64,000 nucleotides of DNA from a virus. Where the stretch lies: IMG/VR virus record IMGVR_UViG_3300037454_000319; one strand, given 5' to 3'. The position numbers were made by a program, and so were the translations under genes. Within the stretch, counting starts at the first letter, position 1. Every line of letters starts with the position of its first letter. The notes under the pieces were generated by a model. It did not search any database. It was not told the origin of the DNA and worked only from the letters and a program-made list of their open reading frames with translations. This document shows, in pieces, positions 53,761 through 62,837 of the stretch.

Positions 53761-54744
53761 TTATCCCTCCATTTCTTCAATATGTTTAAGCCATGCGTCA
53801 ATAGTAATAGCTTCCATCATCATTCCTTCCATTACAACTCGTCCTCTTATCTGATTACTAATTATAACTTTATCTTGTGGAGTTAAGCTATCCCATAATT
53901 CTTTTCTTTTTTTATAATAAGTAGAAAAACGTTTCTCTGTTTTATCTCGATATTCTTTATTTTCTTGGTTTATCCATTCTGGTTTATTCATCATATAATA
54001 AGCGTCAAAGATAAGGGTTGCAACAAAAACTATTGCTTTATCCATTACGCCGCGCTTAATAAATTCATCAATTAAAGCATCATTTGAATCTATCATATTA
54101 TTATATGTTTTAAGTATGTACTTTGGGTCATGACGACAAACTGAATTATCTCTCCATTTCCATAAGTAGAATGGAGTTGGACAGAATTTAACATTCTTAG
54201 AAAGATTTTGACAGAGTATATTGAAGAAACTATCTTCATGTATTGTTAAATTATTATTCCAACGAATTTTATTATCAAGAAGGTATTGACGTCTATGAAC
54301 CTTACCATGAACGAATGTCGAGTCTGTTTGATGAGTGATATAATCAACTGACTTATCAGATTTCCTTGATTCTTCAATGAATGAAGAAACAAGACTATCA
54401 AAACCTCCATTATCAAATTCTCGATATAAAATCCACAATCCACAAACATTGCAGAACATATCATCTGCATCACAGAACATTACATAATCACCTTGTGCTG
54501 CGTCCAGTGCTGCATTACGTGCCGCACTTACCCCTGGAATTTCTGCTTGGGTATAGCGAATTGCAAATGGATAATGATAACCATTCATTATGGTTTTTGA
54601 TAATGGCCTTCCTTTTGCGTCATCTGCAATTATAACCTCAAGAGTTGAAAAGTCTATATTCTGTTGAATTGCTATACTATCAAGTAAAGGTTTAATTATT
54701 TCAAAACCTTCATCATAATGAGGTATTAATATACTTAATTTCAT
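53761..54744 (-). CDS. family 2 glycosyltransferase (start MKLSILIP, RBS AAGGAGGAA)
   Basis: LSILIPHYDE, IIADDAKG, DAAQGDYVMFCDADD (DxD). Confidence 0.65.
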   Translation of the reverse strand: MKLSILIPHYDEGFEIIKPLLDSIAIQQNIDFSTLEVIIADDAKGRPLSKTIMNGYHYPFAIRYTQAEIPGVSAARNAALDAAQGDYVMFCDADDMFCNVCGLWILYREFDNGGFDSLVSSFIEESRKSDKSVDYITHQTDSTFVHGKVHRRQYLLDNKIRWNNNLTIHEDSFFNILCQNLSKNVKFCPTPFYLWKWRDNSVCRHDPKYILKTYNNMIDSNDALIDEFIKRGVMDKAIVFVATLIFDAYYMMNKPEWINQENKEYRDKTEKRFSTYYKKRKELWDSLTPQDKVIISNQIRGRVVMEGMMMEAITIDAWLKHIEEMEG

Positions 54745-54784
54745 ACCTATTCCTCCTTTTATATTAAAATGCGGTATTACATTC

Positions 54785-54825
54785 CTTATAAGAATATAAT
54801 ACCACATATAATATAAAAAGTCAAG
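54785..54825 (-). promoter_or_regulatory. promoter variant copy 29 (-10 TATTAT)
   Basis: -35 54819-54824. Confidence 0.5.
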
Positions 54826-54828
54826 AAA

Positions 54829-56484
54829 TTAAATCATTGAAACGAATGTGCCTGGATGTGATGTTTCAATTGCTGCCCAAGAAGCATTTGCTAAATAATC
54901 ATTATAAAGTGCCGCAGGAACATAAATTGAACCATAGACTCCATTAAGTCCGCCTGGTTTTAATGGCGAACTGTTAAATACATTTGCAGCAGAACTATTA
55001 AGTTGTATTATTGCATCTGTATTAAGTAAGTATAATGAAGTTAATACCGTGCAACCAGCAAATGCCGATTTTCGTATATAACCAAATGTGCCGCCCAATG
55101 AAACCGTTTGTAAACTCTTACAATCCAAAAAGTTATTTCCACTTGTTGACATTGTAGAAAGATTAGGCAAATTAACTTCAGAGAGTCCAGTATTTTGTAA
55201 TGCTCCATATCCAAGATTTGTTACATAACTTAAATTAGTAATTTCTGATAAACTTACACAACCAATAAAAGCGCCTTGACTTAATGTAATGTTATTAGTT
55301 CCAAATGAAACTTTTGATAGAGCTATACAGTCCATAAAGCAAGAATAAGGAACACTCGAAACTAATGATAAATTAATCTCTTGTAACATTTTGCAACTTT
55401 GGAAAGTATATTGATTAAGATTTTGAAGTGAAGGAAGATTAACTGTAGTTAAAGAGCTGCACATAACAAAGCATCTATCATAAAGTGAAGTTATTGAAGG
55501 ATGACTAACAAGGGTTAATGATGAATTTCCATAAAAACAATATTGTGGGAAGGTTGTCATTAATGGAAATTCTGTATCAGTAATTTCTGAAAAACCGCAA
55601 TTTCTAAATGCATAACCAGCAATTGAAGTTAAATTTGGAGCATAGAAATCAGATAATGATATACAACCATCAAAAGTATTGTTGCTTATAGCTGTTAATA
55701 TTGGAAAACTTGCACTACAAAGGCTCTTGCAACCAGCAAAAGTTGAACTATTAAAAAAGGATGATAATATTGGTAATTCAATTGAAGTAAAACCAGTATT
55801 ACCAAAGGTAGTTGTTCCAATATAATCCATGCTTTCAAAATTCAAACTTGTTAATCTTGAGCAATTTGCAAAAGCTTCTTTATACGCCCTTGATAATATA
55901 CCTTCTACTTTTGAAAGTTGCGAGCAACCAGTGAAAGCATTTGAACCAATAGAAGCACAATATTCAAATGTAACTTTTTGTAAGGCAGAGCAGCTACCAT
56001 TAAAAGCGGCATCATCAATTTTTGTAAGAGAACCAAATGTTACCTCTGATAATTGACGACAATTTGCAAAGGCATTCGTTCCAACAAATGCACAACTTGG
56101 AGCACTGAATTCCGATATTGCCGCTCCATAAAATGCATTACTTCCAACATATTCACATTTAGGAAAACTTGCTGTAGCAAGACTTGGACAATTAAAAAAA
56201 GCAGAACTTCCAATTGTCAATACATTTTCAAAATTTACGCCCGTTACCTTCGGGTCGCTATAAAAACAATATGGCTTTAATACACTACATTGAGTATCAC
56301 TTAATGAATAATAATCAATAGCTTCTATTTCTAATTTAAAATTACCATTATCGCCGCCAGTAGGAATTGATAATATATCTGAAGCCATATCAGTTGTCAG
56401 AATGGGAGCTACTGTCCCATTCTGACTTCTTATTGCATCAGCGATATCTGTCAATATAGAGCCATCAATTTTATAATAGCTCAT
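54829..56484 (-). CDS. tail fibre / receptor-binding protein with BspA-type leucine-rich repeats
   Basis: repeats IGSSAFFNCPSL.../VGSNAFYG.../IGSNAFTGCSQL (LRR_5-like). Confidence 0.55.
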   Translation of the reverse strand: MSYYKIDGSILTDIADAIRSQNGTVAPILTTDMASDILSIPTGGDNGNFKLEIEAIDYYSLSDTQCSVLKPYCFYSDPKVTGVNFENVLTIGSSAFFNCPSLATASFPKCEYVGSNAFYGAAISEFSAPSCAFVGTNAFANCRQLSEVTFGSLTKIDDAAFNGSCSALQKVTFEYCASIGSNAFTGCSQLSKVEGILSRAYKEAFANCSRLTSLNFESMDYIGTTTFGNTGFTSIELPILSSFFNSSTFAGCKSLCSASFPILTAISNNTFDGCISLSDFYAPNLTSIAGYAFRNCGFSEITDTEFPLMTTFPQYCFYGNSSLTLVSHPSITSLYDRCFVMCSSLTTVNLPSLQNLNQYTFQSCKMLQEINLSLVSSVPYSCFMDCIALSKVSFGTNNITLSQGAFIGCVSLSEITNLSYVTNLGYGALQNTGLSEVNLPNLSTMSTSGNNFLDCKSLQTVSLGGTFGYIRKSAFAGCTVLTSLYLLNTDAIIQLNSSAANVFNSSPLKPGGLNGVYGSIYVPAALYNDYLANASWAAIETSHPGTFVSMI

Positions 56485-56497
56485 TTAATCACCTCAA

Positions 56498-59400
56498 TTA
56501 AAATTGCTGGTCAGCAGCATTAGGTAATTGGGCGCCGCCTCCTGAGATTGCTGCAGCAAGCTGAGCAAGTGTGAAGGAAACGGGTGGTTCATTTGATGTT
56601 GTTGAACCGAATGTAAATACTGTCTCACCATATTTTGTCTCGCCTTTGATATATGCGCCGCCATACATACGGAGTTCTGAACGACCAACCATTTCGAGAA
56701 CAGGGTCATCTGTTACAGGTGTCTTGATATATTCAGTATATGAAGCGTCCTTAAGAGTAAAGCGAATTATTAAATCTCCGCCTGTGCCAGAAGCTATATC
56801 AACTATTCTCCAAAGCTCTTTATCTGGATAAGTTGTTGTTAAATATGTTGTAAATGCTGAATAGTCAGCACCATTGATAAATGTATTAAGTTGAGTACCA
56901 ATTGCAGTCTTCTGACTTAATTTCTTATATGTTACAGTATAAGCATAAGGACTTGATGAATTTGTTCTCTCAATACTTGTAATACCCCAAACACCATCAT
57001 GTTCAGTTGTTTTAACATATTCGACAAAATCCTTATAGTCAGTTGCAGTTCCATATGTGCCACCTTGGATAAACATATTAATTCCTGATTCTGATGTTAT
57101 AACGCCAGAGCCATAACTTGTAGTAGATGTAAATTGGTATGTGCTATCTGTTGGAACTGTGTAAGTTTCAGATGGAGTAAATGTATACTCATAAACATCC
57201 GTACAAGGTCTTTGTACATATTCATTACAATATGGCTTGTTAATAGTATCAGCACGCATCATTAAGTTTGCACGGTTATACATCTGAAAAATAGTTTTTG
57301 TATCTCCGCTTTCTCCAGTCTGAACTGGCTGTGACCATGCTACATTAGCTTGCGGGTCATTTGTATAATTAACGTATGCTCCTCTTCTCCATTTATCTAA
57401 ACCAGTTACACTACCTGCTTCATATGTTTGAAGTCTCCAACGAGTATGTATTGTACCACTCTTTTGGTTTGTATATAATTCCCAGTTAGCAGGTAATGTA
57501 TTAGAATTATATAGTGCTGCAATTGATGTATATGGCTCATCATAAGTAGGTATTTGATATCCGCTTGATGGAGCACCTGGAGTAGCAGTAGAATCCCACA
57601 ATTTATGTACAGTAAATGATTGATGTAAAATTACACACATATAAGCAATTTTATAATGATAACCATTTTCTGTTGTAGTTCTTTGATATTTAGCATTATA
57701 AAAATCAAGTTCATATTTATATTGCCAAATGTCTGCTCCCAAAAGTGTTGAAAGAGCACTTATAAAATCTGCATTATTGACAATAGCATTTTTAGTTGCA
57801 GTCTGCATACTATACCAATATGAATAATCACTTGTACCAGCTATTGCTTCTGTAGAGTCAAATTCTACATTTACAGCAGAATCTGCGCCCTTTAATGTAA
57901 TACGCATTGGATATACAAAATCAAAATAACGATAATAATTAGTATTATATGGACTATAATAAGTATCTGGTTTTCCATAATAATTCAATTTAGCATAGAA
58001 TACTACATCAGGATTATCTATATATGCTCCATTTGGTAAACTACTTTTGGCACTATTAAACTGTGCCATTGCAGTTGAATACATATCTGAAGAAACAAAA
58101 GCTGCCTCATCTGCTGGTAAAGATGTAATATCTTGAAGAGCCGTTCCACTTGGCTGATAGCCGCCCCTAAATGCATATCCTGTATAACTTGGGTCTTGTC
58201 CTTCTCTTTCGGCGTAAAGTTCTTTAGTAGTATCATCTCTCATAATAAAAGCATTACCAACATTCTCAAGGTGAGTTTGAGCACCATCAAGTAATGCATA
58301 GTTATTATTACCTTGGAAGAAACCATACATTCCAGTCCATTGGAATAACATTTCTGTATTAGAGCAATCCACATTTGCAAGAAATTTTTCTTTAGGATTA
58401 AATCTAAACAATGTATTTCCATGAGGAGTAAATTCGTATTTTGTTGCCGCGTTAGGTCCTGCACCATGATGGAATGTTGTAAATGAATTAGATTCATTTG
58501 CTATATTAATTACATCAGCAGAATATCCTGCAGAAGCCATATAAATTTCAGTAGATGACATAGATTGTGGTTCCATAGAAATTGAAACATTACCCATTCC
58601 GCCAAGTACAGCTGAAAATGTTCCACCGTCACCTATCTTTATTCTTGATTTTCCTTGCATCCAAACAACTGGACCTACATTCTTCCCAGGACCATCGCCC
58701 CAAACTCCGCTATATGCCCATGAACCTATTCTGTTATTCATGGTAGATGCATCCCACTTAGCTATAGGGCCACTGTAAAAATTAAACAAACCAGATGTAC
58801 CACTATTCGATGTATACTTAAATGGGAATAATTCACCTTCATAGCTTGTTGCATAACCATTTGTTGTATCCATATATAATTGAGAAATACATGATGTACT
58901 TGAAACATCTGTCTCTTTTGGTAATGCAGATGCTACAACAAGTTGATTTTTTGTAAGTCTTATCATTGAAGTTGTAGGATTTGATGAAGTTGATTCTTGA
59001 CCAGTACCAATTTGAATTGCTGTACCTGGTCTTATATCAATTGCTACGTCTCCATAACCGGCGCCCGCGCTGCCAAAAGACCCTCTATTAATCGGATTTC
59101 TACCATTAATATCAATACAAACATCACCATTAATACTTAACATTGAATTACCGCGCATATTTAAAATAGGTGCGCCATCCATTAATATAGTACTCTCATC
59201 ATGCATATGTAAGTATGGATAAGCAACAGTATTAGTATTTAGACGTTTTGTTGAGTCAAATGGGTCTTGCTCATATGAGTCCATAGCATGAGGCCACCAT
59301 GAAGCAGTTCTTGCTCTACCATATCCAACTTCTTGAGTTCCTGTTACACGAGAACCGCACATATCAACAAGACATCTACCTCTCATTGAAAGAACTGGAG

Positions 59401-60055
59401 TGTCGCTATCAGAGCTGCCTTTACCAGTTCCGTTCATTTCAATAACTGCTGTGCCGCCAATATCAATCTTTGGACCAGTTAAACTTGTACTCCAAAACTT
59501 TCTATTATCTGAAGTATAATCAGAACCAATATCGCCAATATTAATTTTAGCAGCACCAGCTATTCTTTGTGAAGCGCTATTCTGAACAATATATCCGTTC
59601 TTAAAAGAAGGAACAGAAGCTGGTGTAGTAGTTGAAGGTCCGATATAACCAAAAGCTGCTGGATAATAGTCTGAACTAACATCTGTACCAACCACGAACT
59701 CAGTTGGCGCTCCAGGTAATGTCTCTCCTGTTCTTGTTCCCATAACATAATAGTTATATCCATTTTGAACTGCCCAATTTGCAGGGTTACCGCTTGGTCC
59801 AGTTGCTACAAGTATTTTATTAGCATCTCCTAAAATTGTTGATATTGGTTTAAAAGCTTCTTCAGTTGCATCGTAATAATAAGCTTTATTAACCTTATAG
59901 TTAGCAGCACTTGTATTAGTAGCATTTTTTACAATGTATATGTGGTCTGACTGTTTAACTGCCAAATCTGCAAGGTCTGAATACTTTTCAACAGTAGTTA
60001 CGTCTTTAGAATCTGCCGCACCATATGGAATTCCATTACGGATTATAATTCCCAT
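56498..60055 (-). CDS. large tail fibre / host-specificity protein (1185 aa)
   Basis: size, Gly/Ser/Thr/Tyr-rich beta composition, position in structural block. Confidence 0.55.
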   Translation of the reverse strand: MGIIIRNGIPYGAADSKDVTTVEKYSDLADLAVKQSDHIYIVKNATNTSAANYKVNKAYYYDATEEAFKPISTILGDANKILVATGPSGNPANWAVQNGYNYYVMGTRTGETLPGAPTEFVVGTDVSSDYYPAAFGYIGPSTTTPASVPSFKNGYIVQNSASQRIAGAAKINIGDIGSDYTSDNRKFWSTSLTGPKIDIGGTAVIEMNGTGKGSSDSDTPVLSMRGRCLVDMCGSRVTGTQEVGYGRARTASWWPHAMDSYEQDPFDSTKRLNTNTVAYPYLHMHDESTILMDGAPILNMRGNSMLSINGDVCIDINGRNPINRGSFGSAGAGYGDVAIDIRPGTAIQIGTGQESTSSNPTTSMIRLTKNQLVVASALPKETDVSSTSCISQLYMDTTNGYATSYEGELFPFKYTSNSGTSGLFNFYSGPIAKWDASTMNNRIGSWAYSGVWGDGPGKNVGPVVWMQGKSRIKIGDGGTFSAVLGGMGNVSISMEPQSMSSTEIYMASAGYSADVINIANESNSFTTFHHGAGPNAATKYEFTPHGNTLFRFNPKEKFLANVDCSNTEMLFQWTGMYGFFQGNNNYALLDGAQTHLENVGNAFIMRDDTTKELYAEREGQDPSYTGYAFRGGYQPSGTALQDITSLPADEAAFVSSDMYSTAMAQFNSAKSSLPNGAYIDNPDVVFYAKLNYYGKPDTYYSPYNTNYYRYFDFVYPMRITLKGADSAVNVEFDSTEAIAGTSDYSYWYSMQTATKNAIVNNADFISALSTLLGADIWQYKYELDFYNAKYQRTTTENGYHYKIAYMCVILHQSFTVHKLWDSTATPGAPSSGYQIPTYDEPYTSIAALYNSNTLPANWELYTNQKSGTIHTRWRLQTYEAGSVTGLDKWRRGAYVNYTNDPQANVAWSQPVQTGESGDTKTIFQMYNRANLMMRADTINKPYCNEYVQRPCTDVYEYTFTPSETYTVPTDSTYQFTSTTSYGSGVITSESGINMFIQGGTYGTATDYKDFVEYVKTTEHDGVWGITSIERTNSSSPYAYTVTYKKLSQKTAIGTQLNTFINGADYSAFTTYLTTTYPDKELWRIVDIASGTGGDLIIRFTLKDASYTEYIKTPVTDDPVLEMVGRSELRMYGGAYIKGETKYGETVFTFGSTTSNEPPVSFTLAQLAAAISGGGAQLPNAADQQF

Positions 60056-60255
60056 TAAGCATTACCTCCGTGTATAAATTCGTCGACTTGGTCTTTAAGA
60101 GCCTGTACTTCCGCGATTAGTTCCGCAACAATCTCGTTGAAGTCCATATCTGTTATAAAATATATATAATCTTCGGCTATCTGATTGTTTTCAACAATCT
60201 GTCTATACTCGGCCCAAGTCAAGTCTCTATGAAGTCTGTTTTGTTCGTCTGCCAT
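60055..60255 (-). CDS. small acidic protein (possible fibre assembly factor)
   Basis: ORF directly upstream of fibre gene. Confidence 0.4.
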   Translation of the reverse strand: MADEQNRLHRDLTWAEYRQIVENNQIAEDYIYFITDMDFNEIVAELIAEVQALKDQVDEFIHGGNA

Positions 60256-60319
60256 TTAAACACCTCCATTGTTTATTCCTACATAATAAAGTATTTTTCT
60301 TTAGAAGGTCGTCTAATAC

Positions 60320-60362
60320 CTTAATTATTTATATTATAACATAAAAATCGAGAGAAGTCAAG
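60320..60362 (-). promoter_or_regulatory. conserved promoter copy 30
   Basis: -10 60333-60338, -35 60356-60361. Confidence 0.65.
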
Positions 60363-60376
60363 TGAAAGACTTCTCT
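60351..60376 (-). terminator. terminator agagaagtc-aagtgaaa-gacttctct fused to promoter 30
   Basis: 9-bp stem + T-run. Confidence 0.6.
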
Positions 60377-60384
60377 CTTTAATT

Positions 60385-62826
60385 TTATGAGTATTGATAG
60401 TTACCTGCACCAACGCCACGATTGAATAAACGACAACCACTACGATAGCCATTCATTGTCGGAATTGTATTCTCAGGTTTAACATTATCAAGTGCCGCCT
60501 GCTGAGGACCGCTTATAGAAGGACCACTAATATTCTCATAACGAAGATTAATTGTTCCTGCATTTTGGTCTTGAGGCTGAGTAATAAAGTTTCCACCAAA
60601 GATTAACTGTGAGCCATCTTCAGCAACACTGAATGTGTAATCACAAATCTTTAATGTATTTCCAGCTTGTGCATTTATATCATTGATAGTAACTTTACCA
60701 TCATTAACAATTAAACGTCCTGATGTTGGGTCGTATTCACCATCGGTTACTGTAAAGATATATTGTCTTGCTTTTGTATTTCCTTGTGAAACATAACGAG
60801 GACGCCATAAAGCTTCATTCCAGAATCCTTCAACTCTCTTTACGAAGCCAAGATGTTTAACCTCTCCATTTAAGACGCCAACTATCGTTCCATAGTAGCC
60901 TTTATACCAAACACATGTGCCGCCACTCATCCAAGGTTCAATACCCATATGAGTGAGGAAGATTTTTAATGTTGAAGTATCAGGCTGAACATCGTTTATA
61001 TAGTCTTGAACTATTTTAACACCGAGGTTCTTTAGGTAATTGTCATCATTAAATATCTTATCACAACTTACAAGATTATTTCTACTAAGAGGAACTGTAC
61101 GGTCATTAGGAAGGAACTTGATAGCTCCAAAACATTGGCCGCCGACACCGCTTGTTTTAATAGTTCTTGCATAGACACCATATTTACTAACTTCGCCGCC
61201 CTCAACCCATTCTGCATTGTAGTTGAAGACTGACTCAGGTACAATATGTCCAATATTAATTGTTTGGAAGTCAACATTCTGAACTGGAACTAATGAACCA
61301 GTCAACTTGTACCATGACATTACTTCACCCATATAAACCGCATCTTTAATCTGATTATAGTTTATATCATGGAATGTTTGGTAGTAAGGGAATGGAGGTC
61401 TTTCAGTTATTAGTTTAACTAAATTCATTGAGCAAGTTGTATTATGCTGTATTGATGTAGGTTCAACTTCAAGTTTAAATACAGTCTTATCATAACTTGC
61501 TTTACTTCCCCATACCTGTGCCGCGGCATCAATGTACTTCAACTCAAACTTATCTATTCTCAAATTATCTCCGTCAAATCCTACTTCGATATCTGGTATC
61601 ATTCTAAGCATAGCATACATGCGTTTACCAGCATTTGCATAAGCTTCTACATCTGAATATGGAGAAAATGCCTGATATGTAACCTCTTCTTCTCTTATTG
61701 AGACAAGATATTTCTCATATTCATAATCAACAATAGTATGCTGTCTAAGGTCTATTGTCGGTTCTAAGTTGTTGATATTTAAACGAGCATATTGCCATCT
61801 ACCGAGTCCTCTAAAGTACCAGAAGATAAATGGATAATTTTCTGCTGAATACCAGTTTCTTTGATAGTTATTCTTTCTTATAACTGGAAGAACTACGAGG
61901 TCTTGGTTACTATATTTTTCTTTTAAATAATCAATGCGGTCAATTATATCTTGAACATTTAATGTTTCAGTCTCAAAGTTATCAAACTTTCTATAAGGCT
62001 GGAGTTCATTATTTGAAAGATAAACAACTTGAATAGAAATCTCCTTACCAGTTTTTTGAGTAATTGAAGCATATTCCATCCAAAGGTATGCAATGTTTTC
62101 CCAAAGCTGAGTACACTCATCGAATACTCTCTTCATCATCTCTTTCAATTCACTCTCAGGGTCAAATAAATACTTACAAAGTGCCGCGAGAACCTGGGCA
62201 ATAACCCAAAAGTTTCTATTCAAATCCTCAACCTCAACATGGTGAGAGTTCTGAGGCATTAGTAAACGTATCCATTTGCTGTTCTCATTATCGGGTGGCG
62301 GCAAGGTCTCAGGCTGAGTATGTGTATACTGCATAGCGGCATATTTCTTTAAAGCGTCAAGTGCCGCGTCGTCACCACGAATTGACTCATACATACGTCT
62401 ATCAACATTTCTACTTGGTTCAACCCAAGGCCAGTCTATGAAACTAACACCTGCATCAGCTTCCTTAAGGTCTTGAATTATATCTTTTGTAATACCCTGA
62501 TAATCGGGGTCTTCATAGTTTGCAATATTATCATTGAAATACTGAATAGCACTCTCTACTGACTCATTCCAAAAGTCAGTAGAGGTATCTTCAATGTCTC
62601 TATATAAAACACTATTTGTTAAGTGATTAGCATAGTCAGAATAGGTCTGAATGTAATCAAGAACAGAATCAGCGGTTGGAGGATTAATACTCATATTACC
62701 ATTTTTAATTTCATCGAGTATTTCTTTCCAAACCTTTGCAATATCTGCTGGACCTAAGTCTAATTCTTTAGCGAGGTTAGTGATTAGACCATCATAATCC
62801 CTCAATTTTGCAATTATATTTTCCAT
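60385..62826 (-). CDS. large tail/baseplate protein (813 aa)
   Basis: central region paralogous to 62838..>64000 (EDLNRNFWVIAQV...). Confidence 0.55.
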   Translation of the reverse strand: MENIIAKLRDYDGLITNLAKELDLGPADIAKVWKEILDEIKNGNMSINPPTADSVLDYIQTYSDYANHLTNSVLYRDIEDTSTDFWNESVESAIQYFNDNIANYEDPDYQGITKDIIQDLKEADAGVSFIDWPWVEPSRNVDRRMYESIRGDDAALDALKKYAAMQYTHTQPETLPPPDNENSKWIRLLMPQNSHHVEVEDLNRNFWVIAQVLAALCKYLFDPESELKEMMKRVFDECTQLWENIAYLWMEYASITQKTGKEISIQVVYLSNNELQPYRKFDNFETETLNVQDIIDRIDYLKEKYSNQDLVVLPVIRKNNYQRNWYSAENYPFIFWYFRGLGRWQYARLNINNLEPTIDLRQHTIVDYEYEKYLVSIREEEVTYQAFSPYSDVEAYANAGKRMYAMLRMIPDIEVGFDGDNLRIDKFELKYIDAAAQVWGSKASYDKTVFKLEVEPTSIQHNTTCSMNLVKLITERPPFPYYQTFHDINYNQIKDAVYMGEVMSWYKLTGSLVPVQNVDFQTINIGHIVPESVFNYNAEWVEGGEVSKYGVYARTIKTSGVGGQCFGAIKFLPNDRTVPLSRNNLVSCDKIFNDDNYLKNLGVKIVQDYINDVQPDTSTLKIFLTHMGIEPWMSGGTCVWYKGYYGTIVGVLNGEVKHLGFVKRVEGFWNEALWRPRYVSQGNTKARQYIFTVTDGEYDPTSGRLIVNDGKVTINDINAQAGNTLKICDYTFSVAEDGSQLIFGGNFITQPQDQNAGTINLRYENISGPSISGPQQAALDNVKPENTIPTMNGYRSGCRLFNRGVGAGNYQYS

Positions 62827-62837
62827 TCACTCACCTC

